Assembly (NCBI GenBank): GCA_977018835.1 | Contig: OZ361260.1 | Location: 2,294,001-2,358,000 of the forward strand | Direction of reading: 5' to 3' | Origin: Minutocellus sp. GHC0000111 | Taxonomy: Eukaryota | DNA: 64,000 nucleotides | Part shown: positions 50,843 to 62,272 of the stretch, piece by piece | Layout of the letters: every line of letters starts with the position of its first letter | Position numbering within the stretch: position 1 is the stretch's first letter | Made by a program: the position numbers and the translations under genes | Notes under the pieces: model-generated | What the model was told of the DNA's origin: nothing | Database searches by the model: none | What the model saw: the letters and a program-made list of their open reading frames with translations, nothing else

Positions 50843-51823
50843 TGAGGATGCATCCCAATACTACATGTACAATTACGCATGCGCCGATACTACTGGTAGT
50901 TGCCACATTGGCAATGGCCAGCGGTGCCAGCGCATTCCTTTGCGGTGACCATTCTTCTACCGGTGGAGTCGCGTCCCAATCGATCCGACCCAGAGCAACT
51001 TTCGGCACAAGATGTGCTTCCGCAATGCATCACGTACGTGGAGTACCGGCAATCGCAAAAGACCTGCATCCTCAGAGGGCTGGGTGTAGTAGTAGCAGAA
51101 CAGAACGACCCAATAGACGAGTGGAATTGACCCTGTTTGCCCGTCGGCGTCGTGGATTCAACAAAGGATCTTCTTCGGCGAATGACGACGACGTGGACGA
51201 GTACGACGACGAATACATTGACAATCTCATCAATGAAAAATTTGACGATGTCGATTATGACTTGGACGACGATGATGACGACGATTTCATTATTGATGCC
51301 GAGGTGGAGGATCGGTCGATTGACGACGATGAGGATGACCGAGAGTACGAGTATGCACGAGTGGGACGGCGCAGAGGACGTGGTGCCGAACGAAGATGGT
51401 AGAAGTGCAGGTGCAGTATCCTCATCGTCGTCGTCGAGGAGGGAACAGCGCCGGAGTCGGCAAGGAAGTTATGGGGACGACGTCGATGAATACGATGGGT
51501 ACGACGCGGAATTTGACGAGGAAGATGATGACTACGAGGAAGACTACGAGGAAGATTATGACAGCGACGATGAGGACAAGGACGAGGACTTTGAGGAAGG
51601 GATACTTATACCCAACCCCATCCTGGACAGTGTCGATCCTGAGGGCGCGTCGGAACGAATTGGCGAATTGTTTGAAGATCCGAAATTCTGGAAGGACATG
51701 GCCGTAGTTGCTCTTGTCGTTTGGACCGTGTATTACTTGACGTATGATCCCACAGATCTCATTCCGTGGGACTCCGTCACTCCGAATGATTTCAATCTTG
51801 AGGGCCTGTATCAGAAGAGGTGA
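50843..51823 (+). CDS. Plastid-targeted highly acidic protein with C-terminal TM (apparent frameshift ~51355)
   Basis: ASAF motif; the D/E-rich tracts continue in a second frame to IPNPILDSVDPEGASER and a TM helix. Confidence 0.7.
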
Positions 51824-52040
51824 TGAACTGGTGAGCTGGTGACAGATCATATGTATGGTGAGAAGCATAGGGCGTTTCTCAAGACCTCGATGAGGTTGGC
51901 GAGGAAAATATGAAGGACGACGAAGAGGCTCTAGCTAGATTTTATATATAAGTACGAAAATTGCATTATTTTTAGATGTGAGAGGATCAGAATAGGTAGT
52001 GCTAGTGCGTGGTACTACTCTACCTAGCTAGATAATAGTT

Positions 52041-53306
52041 TCAATATGTATACATTTTGGTTTCCGATAAAATGCCATCCATGTAGCCTTCACCTAGGAA
52101 TCCTCGGTTGACCAACTGGCGGATGCATTCATAATCAACTCTGTAAAATCTGCGAAGAAGATCTACACTTTTCTTGCTGAGAAATTTCCCTTTCCTCCCT
52201 GTCGTATGTGTATGAGGAAGACTGATCCTTGGCAATCGAGGGTCGATTGTTTTATCAAGAAGTGCCTCGAAGTCGTCTTGAAAATGTTCCGTTCTCCCTA
52301 CGAACCAGAGGGGAAGTGATCCTTCGGCAATCACTTCACAGTTGGTGCTTCGTTGTTCCCAGGTTCTTGCCTTCACTTTTGAGTTGCCAAAGAAGAAGGC
52401 CATATCGCTCGTGGCGTGAGAAACCTTGACAAATGCATCAAACATATCGCTGAGACGGGTCTCCTCGTCAACCTGTTTGTCTGCGATGGCTTCAAATACT
52501 GCATTCAGATCGTCCAAAAGCGGTTCATTTCGATCGGCTTTTTGCTGGTCTGCAAAGTTCCAAACACTGACGAGGCGACTGACTGGATCTCGGACCCAAG
52601 TGACTACATGGCCGGTTGCCGGACAATACTGGGCGCTCTGACGAGTCGCATTGCTGAGGGGACCACCAAAGCGACGAAAGTGCCTCACCATTGTTGCAGC
52701 CTCGGCATAGAAACCGCTCTCTTGTGACCACCAATGCCTTCCCTCGTGGGTTGCGTTTCTGTTGGCCATGTTCCTTGGAGACATTCCAGAAGAAATTGTT
52801 TGAACCGTCTCCTCATCGGATGGCATGACAACATCTTTGTAATGACTGGGCCAGTCACGTGATGTATGTACTTCGACAGCTCCGCCAATACTTCCAAGAG
52901 CTTGGAGAGCATGCATGGAAGCTGCTATGGAGTCCCCACCGGTCTTTCCTACATGTACAAAACATATGTCCCGCACCGGCGGTATCGGCGGAAGTGTTCC
53001 TGTTGGGGAGCTAGTAGTAGAAGACCGACGACGAAGGCTGTGTAGTTGGAGGAGAAGGTGAATACAAATAGCCGAAACGACGACGAGAAGTATCTTGACA
53101 ATGAAAAATGACCGGGAAATTACATTTTTCGTGGAAGCGGTGGGATTTGGTTTGCTGGTGTTTGATGATGAAGGCGTCGGCAAAGCAACGTCTGAGTCTA
53201 CATGTATGACTTTTCGATCAGAGGACAAGGACGCTTCGCCCTCATGCACGTATGTGTGCTCATCAGTGAGTATTATTTTAGTTTCGCCGTCGTGAGGAAG
53301 AGTCAT
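52041..53306 (-). CDS. Type II membrane sulfotransferase-family protein
   Basis: TM anchor, FVHVGKTGGDSI (5'-PSB), VRDPVSRLVSVW (3'-PB), VGRTEHFQDD, FYRVDY. Confidence 0.85.
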   Translation of the reverse strand: MTLPHDGETKIILTDEHTYVHEGEASLSSDRKVIHVDSDVALPTPSSSNTSKPNPTASTKNVISRSFFIVKILLVVVSAICIHLLLQLHSLRRRSSTTSSPTGTLPPIPPVRDICFVHVGKTGGDSIAASMHALQALGSIGGAVEVHTSRDWPSHYKDVVMPSDEETVQTISSGMSPRNMANRNATHEGRHWWSQESGFYAEAATMVRHFRRFGGPLSNATRQSAQYCPATGHVVTWVRDPVSRLVSVWNFADQQKADRNEPLLDDLNAVFEAIADKQVDEETRLSDMFDAFVKVSHATSDMAFFFGNSKVKARTWEQRSTNCEVIAEGSLPLWFVGRTEHFQDDFEALLDKTIDPRLPRISLPHTHTTGRKGKFLSKKSVDLLRRFYRVDYECIRQLVNRGFLGEGYMDGILSETKMYTY

Positions 53307-53809
53307 GGTTGGAGAGTATCAGTACCAGCTACGCAGCTCTAGCTAGTTCCTGCGGAAAGTTCCTGGTTGCTCGTAAAAATGACTATGTAACATAAATGAC
53401 CAACGCAAATGGACGAAAATGCGGACCTATCAACCGCCAATCGTTTGGTGCCGTTTCGCCGCCGAGAGGACAGTCGCACGGCAAGCAGCCTCAACAAGAA
53501 AAACGTCACTGACCATTGCCGCCAGCGCTCAAGACAATAGCCAATTATTCACTCAGCTCACCGGTCATTGATCTGGCAATAGTCTCCTCGTCAGGCAGTG
53601 AGATATCCGTCGAGAACTTGCTACTACGGTGTACGTTGCTACTAGCTAGGAGATACCTACTACGTAGGCAAACGCATTGCTCACTCACATCGCCACCACA
53701 CCACTCACCTCTCTCTGCCAAAGAAACGGTGGTAGGAGCAAAACAACTGCAAAGGAGAGCATCTGTAGCGACCCCACATCGAACGGCACAAACAATCTCA
53801 GACCCAAAC

Positions 53810-56800
53810 ATGACGAATGCCGACAACACTCGGACGCGATACTCGAACTCGAGGTCATTTACTACTGGTACCGGCATCGGCGGCACCAGCGCGACCGGCC
53901 TTGTCCGAAGAGCGCGATCGTGGCACGGAATTCATGACGACTTTGACGACGACAGTGATGATGACTCATTTTTCAACTCTTCCCCTTCAATCTCCGCCTC
54001 CAGATCCTTCTGCGAAGATGACCTCGAGTATTCGTCCTCCAGCAACCTCAACAGTCTTTAGCTGGCGACGACAAAGACACAGCCATCTGCGACACCTCTG
54101 GTCCGGGCAGTCAAATTGGGCTGCCGATATTTGGTCCGCATTTCCATCGTTGCACTTGCTCTCCTCCAGCTCACGGCATCCCTGAGCACATGGAAGGCGA
54201 AGATGGGCCTGGGCAATTCACTCGACGTCGAGAAAAGACCGCTGGTATCGGCATCAGGTGACTGGTCGACAGCAGGCGCTGGCAGTGTCCGAGGAGCGTT
54301 ACCTCCAAGTCCATCGCAACCAACAAGAAGAAGCACGACAGAGCGCTCGGCGTTGCATCAAGTTTCCTATCAGGATCATCGTCAGCAGCAGCAACATCGC
54401 CAGCTTCGCTCCAGCATCGGCTTGTGGGAATTGTCCTCGACGCCTCTGCCATCGAGAGCAACATTCTCAACTTCCTTGTCGACATCGCCTGCCGTCACAA
54501 TGTAATGTCCCATGTATTGTCCAGCAAAGGTGCTTCCGAGGCCAGTAGCGCCGTCCGCATTTTGATGGAGGAGAAATATAATTCAAATTCATCAGAAAGT
54601 GCAGAGCAGTGCGCTGAAATTGTCTTTGCTACCGAGCCACCGCAGCTCATTGCGGGCATTGACAACCGCATCGATCGAATTTCGAGATTGAGAGACTACC
54701 AGCGTGATATGCTCATGACCGATGGAGATATATCTCCAATCGATGGCGGTAGCAGCAACAGCAACGGTGTTGTGATTGTTGCCGATTTGGATTTGCATAA
54801 GCTCCCTACAGTGGAGAAGGTCATGCAGGAGGTTCACTATGCAATCCATTCCGATGATGGAGCTGACGTAGTCTGTGCAGCAGGGATTATGCACCGCCCT
54901 TTTGGATACTACGATACATTTGCGTGAGTAGAATAGTACCTTTTGATGAGTCAGTTGGACAATCTCTCATCTATTTACATTTTGGGCATGGAAAGCCACT
55001 CAACTATCCTTCTTATCTTTGGTTTTTCTGTCTACTCTTTGCCCAGGACTGTCTTGCTTCCCAGCACCTTCGTTTATCCAGTATCTGGCCGTTTTGATGA
55101 AAGCATACACGATGATGAAGAACGGCAATTCATCGTTTCGTCCGATGGGTCTTTTAGCCAAGAAGATTTGCTTCGTCACTTTGAGCAGATCAGCCAAGAA
55201 GAATTTGGTGGGCGCCCTGTTCCAGTACGATCCTGCTTCGGTGGATTAGCCATTTACAAATCCGAGGTCTGGCACGAACCCAAGTGCCGCTACTCGTCCT
55301 GGCAAGACCAATGCTCGCCGGATGCTGTACGCTATGCCAACATCGAAGATGGACGTGCGTGCGAGCACGTCACGTTTCATGCTTGCCTCAGAGAGCACCG
55401 GAAAGGTCTCGCCGTTGCAGTCCAACCAAAGCTCATGCCGATGTGGGATTCTGCTGCTCAAAGTCTTTCGTCGAGTCTTCGATCTGGGGAACATCTCCTC
55501 ACCGTTCATTCTGATACGAATGGAGATAATGGTAGCCAAGGGGGTGGTAACTTCAATTCCACCGAGAGTGGTCATCAATTTGACCACGATCATCTATCAA
55601 GCTCAGATGTCAGATATCGAATGAGAATCCACCCAGTGACTGGCAATGTCCTTCTTGAAGAAATGGGGGCAACTTCGGCCGGCGACAACAAGATCATTTG
55701 GAGCGCCCTTGACAATAGCAACACCACAAGCTTAATTTCCACCGCCAACACTCCTTACACTGAATGGATGAATATGCGCCACGCCATACAGTCAGTCCTC
55801 GTCCTTCGTGATGATGGCAAGCTTGTCCTTGAGAGAGAAGTCCACAACACAGCTCAACAGATATGCAATCCATTGGATATGGCCTGCCGTTTCGAGGTTT
55901 GGTCCTCCACTACTTCGGCGATAGGCGATGGTAACGGCTCGAACAAGAATGCGTTTCTCCATCTTTCGGATCAAGGGACTTTGACTCTCCAAGATCGAGA
56001 CAGTGGCGAGCTTTTATGGTCGGCAACGCAAGAAGATACCTGGTCTGAATGTCCGTCGTATATTCCATCAGGCTTTCAACTGCACGAGGGCGACATACTC
56101 TGCTCTCCCGGCGACACCTACCGCTCAGGGATTGACTCCAACGGATTCTTTGTGCTCAGAAATGACGCAACGACGAAAAACGAGAAGGCTTACATTCCAC
56201 TCACAGGTCTCGACGAGATCGCCTCAGACTCGTCTTCGAGTACGATGACAGCGCACATTCAAGGCGACGGAAATCTTGTCATTCATAGTTTGAGTAATGA
56301 TGGAGAGGATCGCGATATTGTTTTGTGGTCATCGAATTCTGCCTTTCCAGGATCTGAGGGATCCCGCGTTGCATTGCATGATGATGGAATTCTTCGCATT
56401 GTGACAAGAAAGGGGATCGTACTGCGTGAACTCATCCCTAAAGGTCCATCGCCTGCTTGTCCCACCATACTTCCAAGCGGTGGGCGGCTCGAGGCTGGCG
56501 AGCACTTGTGCTCACATTCTGCCGTCGCGCCTAGCAGCAATGTTCCCATGTACAAGTTTGGTCTATCATCTTCTGGTATCCCTGTACTCGTTGTCACAAA
56601 AGAAGTCGAGCAATCTCAAGTTGTCTGGGTCGCCAGCGTCAATGTCACCAGTACCAGCACATCTCTGACATTACAGGACGATGGCAATCTCGTCCTCTAC
56701 GATGAAAGCTCCGTCGCTCTTTGGTCGTCCAGTACTGCAGCTTTCGGCGCAGTCGTTTCATTTTCCACTGATGGCGGTCTTCAGATGATCACTCCTGATG

Positions 56801-59800
56801 GTTCGGTCGTCGCGTTGTTATCTGAAACTAGTGGTGAATTTGAACGTCCTCCTACAGAAAGGGTCATTCTGGAAAGCAATGATGCCTTGACTCCAGGAGA
56901 AATCATTTGCTCCCCAAGTGGAAACTTTTGCTTTGGATTAGATGCTGATAAGGATCAGCTGTGCCTTTGGAAGGTCGCTGGTGGGGATAATTCTGCATCG
57001 TCCACTTCTCTTACCCCCGACAAGGATTGTATCTGGTCAAAGACCTTCCAAGATATCGATGAATTCTCCGCATCATCTCTGATTATGCAAGGTGACGGCA
57101 ATTTAGTCCTCGTCGCCGATGGTGGTTCTGACAGGACTTTGCACTGGTCCAGCGAGAGCCATGGCAGCGCAAATGAAGACTCCTATATCGTCATTCGCGA
57201 TTATGGAGCTGCGGAGATTGTCAACAAGCAAGGAATTACCACGTTCAGTATCGCCGGAAGTGATGTTTGTCCCCGATGGCTTCTTGGCGGTCAGTCTCTG
57301 CGAAACGATGGAGAATTTGTTTGCTCGGCCGATTCTCGGTATCGATTGGGCTTGGGTTCCGATAGTAGTCTTGCCATATATGACCTTCGTAGCCAGGAGA
57401 AGGTGTGGGAGACGAGCACGTGTTGCGACGATGTCTCTGCATTTCTTCAAGCAGATGCCAACTTCATCGTTCGTGGTTCCTTTGACGACCTATGGTCTAC
57501 CGATGCAACGACCAACGCCACCAGTGGAGTCGCATTGAGGCTATCCGACAATGGCGATGCTGAAATTTTGGACATGGATGGGTCTCTCGTTTGGAGTTCT
57601 GCGGCAGCCAAAGATGACAACAAAAGAACTTTGCGCGCCGCTTCACCTCTTCCAGGTTGCGATGCCGTAAATTTCAGGCCAGAAGACGACGATTTCCGTA
57701 CATTCGCATTGCCCAAGAGGTCCACGAAGCACCATCGCATTGTGTTCATGTCTGAGTCATTTGCCAGTACTAAGCGGAATCGAGTACTTTCTCATCGTTG
57801 GGACTTTGGTGACGCTCCCCAAATCCATCACAAAACGATAAAGGCACAGGACAATGTCCCGTCAGCTTCTCTTGGCGATGATACTAACATTACTGAGCAG
57901 TGCGAGTACGATGACTGGCAGAGTAGATCATACTTGGCCTGCAACTCGGTTCACGAGAGCACAGCCTTCCGAGAGACCACCACATTCCTTGGCCAAGGGG
58001 CTAACAACCAAGGATGGGCAATGTCTAGCAGCACGTCCTCTCCAGGAGTCACCGACGAATTTGTTCTCAAGAGACAGGTCGTCCACAATACATTCTCCCC
58101 AAAATACTACGAAAGAGCTCGTCTTGAGTCATTGGTTATGCAGAGAATGACTTCTTCCAGAAGAATCCTTGATACTTATGGGTACTGTGGTACGTCAATC
58201 ATGAACCAGAAGGGATGGCGAGAAATGTCATCTCTTGGAATAGAACAACAAACTATCTCCCCGAAGCAAATGCTCCAGTACGGACTTGGTGTTTCGCAAG
58301 CCCTCGCAGACCTTCACGAGGGCGGCATTTTGCACACGGACTTGTCCGCGTCGAATGTTTTGATTGGGCCCAAAATGGAGGTGATTCTGCACGATTTTGA
58401 TCAGGCAGCACTTTTAACTCACGGAGAAGGTTCAAGATCATCTTGCGGTGTCCGCATGCACGACGAGAAGTGTGATCACTACCGTTCTCCTGAAAAGTGT
58501 CATTTCGATAATCAAGTTTTGACAACCAAGTCGGACGTGTATGGTCTCGGGGGGTTGTTATATTTCCTTCTATCCGGTGCCACTCCGTATTCGTTCCCCG
58601 AGATTGACGATCTAGAAGTCGTGCGCTCCAAGATTCGAAGAGGGACGCTACCGCAATATCCTCTTCATATTGAGTTGAGCAAGAGCAAGTCCATTACAGC
58701 ACTCAAGGAGATCGCTCATCAATTCCTAAGGTACGAACCAGAAAATCGACCGGAGGCTAGAGAAGTGGCGAAACTCATCGAGGCAGCCCTTTTGAATTAT
58801 GACGAGGAAGAAGAGAAGGAGTCGTCCAATGAGATCCTTGCCCCAGGAAGTGTACTTGACGGGAAGTCATCGCACCTTCAATCATCCAACTCCAGTCACA
58901 CCTTTGGCTTTGACCATGCAAGCGGTGATCTGTCGATCTGGCATAATGATAAGATCATTTGGTCCCTGGGCCTGTGCTGCCAGGGCGATGAAAAACTCGC
59001 TACCTTCAACTTCGACGGCAACTTTGTCGTTGAAGGCAAAGGCGATGTCATTTACGATACCGGAACAGATTACGGTGGCCAATGGGTCGGTGCCGTGATG
59101 TTCGTCGATAACGATGGCAAAGTCAAGCTCAAGAATTACCATGGGTATGAGACAATTCTCTTTGATCCATATTCAAGGTTCCTCCGCCGAGGCGATATGC
59201 TGAATCAGACATCTGAGCGTCTCAATTCAGCAGAATCGAATCATACCTTTGGTTTCGATCTTGCAACAGGTGATCTATCGATCTGGCATAACGATCAGAT
59301 CATTTGGTCACTTGGATTGTGCTGCCAGGGCGACGATAAATTTGCCACCTTTACTTCCGATGGCAACTTTGTCGTTGAAGATAGAGGCGGTGTCATTTAC
59401 GATACCGGGACGGACTATGGCGGCCAATGGGTCGGGGCTATAATGTTCGTCGATAACGATGGCAACGTCAAACTCAAAAATAATCTCGGCCAAGAAACTA
59501 TCGTATTCGGTCCTTCTGAAAGCAACGCAGGTACCAGCAATTTCAAGGAATTGAGCAGCGAGCCTTGGTTCCCACCTGCCATAGTTGATTCCAGCACAAT
59601 GCACGGAAGGGTCTTCACAGGCTACCAAGGTTGGTTCACAACGCCCTGTGATGACGGTCTGAAGCGATGGCATCACTGGAGTGATCGGTCTACACCGGAC
59701 AATGAAACGCTAACGATTGACATGTGGCCTGACTTGGATGAATACGACGACGACGAGCTATGCGAGACTGATCTTTTGTATGGAGACGGCACAAAGGCGT

Positions 59801-61729
59801 CAGTATTTTCTTCCTATAATCCAAGGACGGTCGATAGGCACATCCGTTGGATGTCGGAGTATGGCATCGATGGGCCTTTCGTCCAGCGATTCGTCACCGA
59901 CATAAAAGTCTTTCGTCACATGAGAGATCACGTTCTAAAGCTTGTTCAAGCTTCATCGGAGCGTTATGGCCGTGTCTTCTCCAACATGTACGACCTCACC
60001 GGAGCCGAGAAAGGTATTCAGACATTGGAAGATATCAAGAGAGACTGGAAGTTCTTAGTCGATGGCCTCAAGGTTACAGAAAGTTCACGTTATCTCAATC
60101 ATAAAGGCCGACCGGTTCTAGGCCTGTTCTTTGGCAAGCCCAGCAAGAGTCCTCTCTCGGCCAATGAGGCCTTGGAGCTGATTGATTGGCTTCAAAACCA
60201 TGATGAAGAACGATACCGAGTCACCGTGATTGTTGGTGGTTTGGAGAAATCATGGCGGTCAGATCCTGATGAGCAGTGGATGCCTGTTTTCAACCAGGCT
60301 GATGTGATTAGCCCATGGACTATTGGTCGGTACTTCGATCAGGAATCTGTTGACCATCATGGCAAGCGTTATCTGATACCGGATGTTAATCACTGCCACG
60401 AGAATGACCAAGACTATCTACCGGTAGTATTCCCAGGATTTTCGGCCAAGAATATCATGCCGGGCAAGCCGTTGAATGAAATTCCTCGTAACGGAGGGCA
60501 GTTTCTCTGGCGTCAATTACTACATGCCTCCCGATCGAAAGCAAATATGATCTTCGTTGCCATGTTTGATGAGGTTGACGAGGGTACGGCAATATTCAAA
60601 ACCGCAAGCACCGCATCTAGAGCCCCGTCAAATACTAACTTTGTTACGTTGGATATTGATAAGGATACATCCCACGAGATGAACCTTCCGAGCGACTTTT
60701 ACTTGCAACTTGTCGGAGAAGCGAAGAGGCTTCTCAGCGAAGGGGCAGAATTCCCATACACATACGAATATCTTTCGCGTCCCCAAGGAGATGACAACGC
60801 CACAAGCAAAGACAATAATGGCTGGAACGACGTTTACAATCTTTCTGACCCGAGTGACATGGCGCCCTGCGGGGCCCACAAGTGCTTCTTTTTGTCTGCG
60901 TCCAATCCAAATCGAACTGGATACCTAGTGCAGCAGGGCGATCCTTTCCGCCGTAGCGAGAACCTACAATCGCAATACGAATCCACCGTGTATCTGGAAT
61001 CAAAGTATGGGACGCGCCACTTCCTGCTGGGTCCACCTGCCAGCGTGGATGTTCCTGACAGCTTAGTGTCCCAACTCAACAAACAAGTTGATAGGCGCCA
61101 CAAGTACTCAGCCCTGGAACCTATCGTCGTCCAAAAAGTCAAAGTTGCCCCAAGACAATCAATGATGATGCTGGGATGCCACCTCGATAGACAGCCACAA
61201 ATACGGGAAGACATTCAAAACTTCCTCGAGACCAATATTGACAATATCACGGAGTTTTCTTTGCAATTTGAAAGGGAGCTCTCTTCAATTATCCAGGTGA
61301 TGGAAAAGGAGCCGTGGTACGCGCGGGACTGGCAAGCTATGGTTGACCGGCACGGCCACCTATACAGTATTGATATTGCGCCCAGACTTAGCAGCACCGA
61401 TGGCAAAGGAGATAAAATGGGATACACCACGTTAGATTGGATCGACCTCTGCTACGAAATGTTCCAGGACTTTGTTAAGGTGGCGACGGAGCGTGGTGCT
61501 CATCATCCGGAAGGAGAACTTATCGCAGCAGCAGCAAGGAATACCTCGTTTCATTCATTTCGAGGTGGAAAGGATTTTGATTTGCTTGCCCTCGATCCTA
61601 CTAACGATTGTGCGGCGGGTGCTTGCACTGTCGCATCAGCTGACAATCCATATATTGGGTACGAAGTAACCAGCACAGAATCGCCGAAACTTACCGAGAG
61701 TTGGGAAGTTGCCAGGACTCTGACAAACA
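53810..61729 (+). CDS. Giant multidomain protein: TM anchor, CAP59-like glycosyltransferase, bulb-type lectins, protein kinase, lectins, GH71/99-like hydrolase, C-terminal domain
   Basis: Open from 55047 to the gap; intron 54924-55046. DLDL, VRSCFGGLAIY, CEHVTFH; repeated QGDGNLV; HTDLSASN/DFD; GYQGWF...MFDEVDEGTA. The 5' part has TAG at 54059-54061 and a frame break at ~54420. The 3' end lies in or beyond the gap. Confidence 0.85.
58831..59514 (+). repeat. Intragenic tandem duplication of a lectin domain (345-bp period)
   Basis: HTFGFD..GDLSIWHND.IIWSLGLCCQGD...YDTGTDYGGQWVGA occurs twice (His codons at 58897 and 59242). Confidence 0.92.
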
Positions 61730-61929
61730 NNNNNNNNNNNNNNNNNNNNNNNNNNNNNNNNNNNNNNNNNNNNNNNNNNNNNNNNNNNNNNNNNNNNNNN
61801 NNNNNNNNNNNNNNNNNNNNNNNNNNNNNNNNNNNNNNNNNNNNNNNNNNNNNNNNNNNNNNNNNNNNNNNNNNNNNNNNNNNNNNNNNNNNNNNNNNNN
61901 NNNNNNNNNNNNNNNNNNNNNNNNNNNNN
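61730..61929. other. Assembly gap (200 N)
   Basis: Run of n characters. Confidence 1.
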
Positions 61930-62272
61930 CCATGCAGTAATTGGACGGCGCGTTGAGCCATTCCTGCAGTACGATAAGAACGCGTTGCTTGTGTGACGTC
62001 CAACCCACACACACGGACCCCAGAGGATCAAAGCCTACGACAGCAGCTTCCCTTCCTTCCAGGAACTTCCCGCCGCTTGGTCGAGAAAGCAAAGAGGGTG
62101 AACCAGACGTGCGTTGTTCTTGGAACGAACATTGGGTGCACACTCCAGTTCCCTTGATAATTGTCATCATTTTGCATTCCGTATCTTTCAAAGCATAAAA
62201 CGAGCAAAGGGCGGCCCAACTTTTTGCACTGTACAACACAAGGACGTGACATCCAACAACACAACGTCAGCC

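Noticed and set aside
54943..55046. ORF-track start of the 2337-aa ORF
   Set aside because: Lies inside a GT-AG intron; the coding sequence continues from the upstream exon (YDTFA|TVLLP).
61551..62239. ORFs spanning the N run
   Set aside because: Artefacts of translating the assembly gap.
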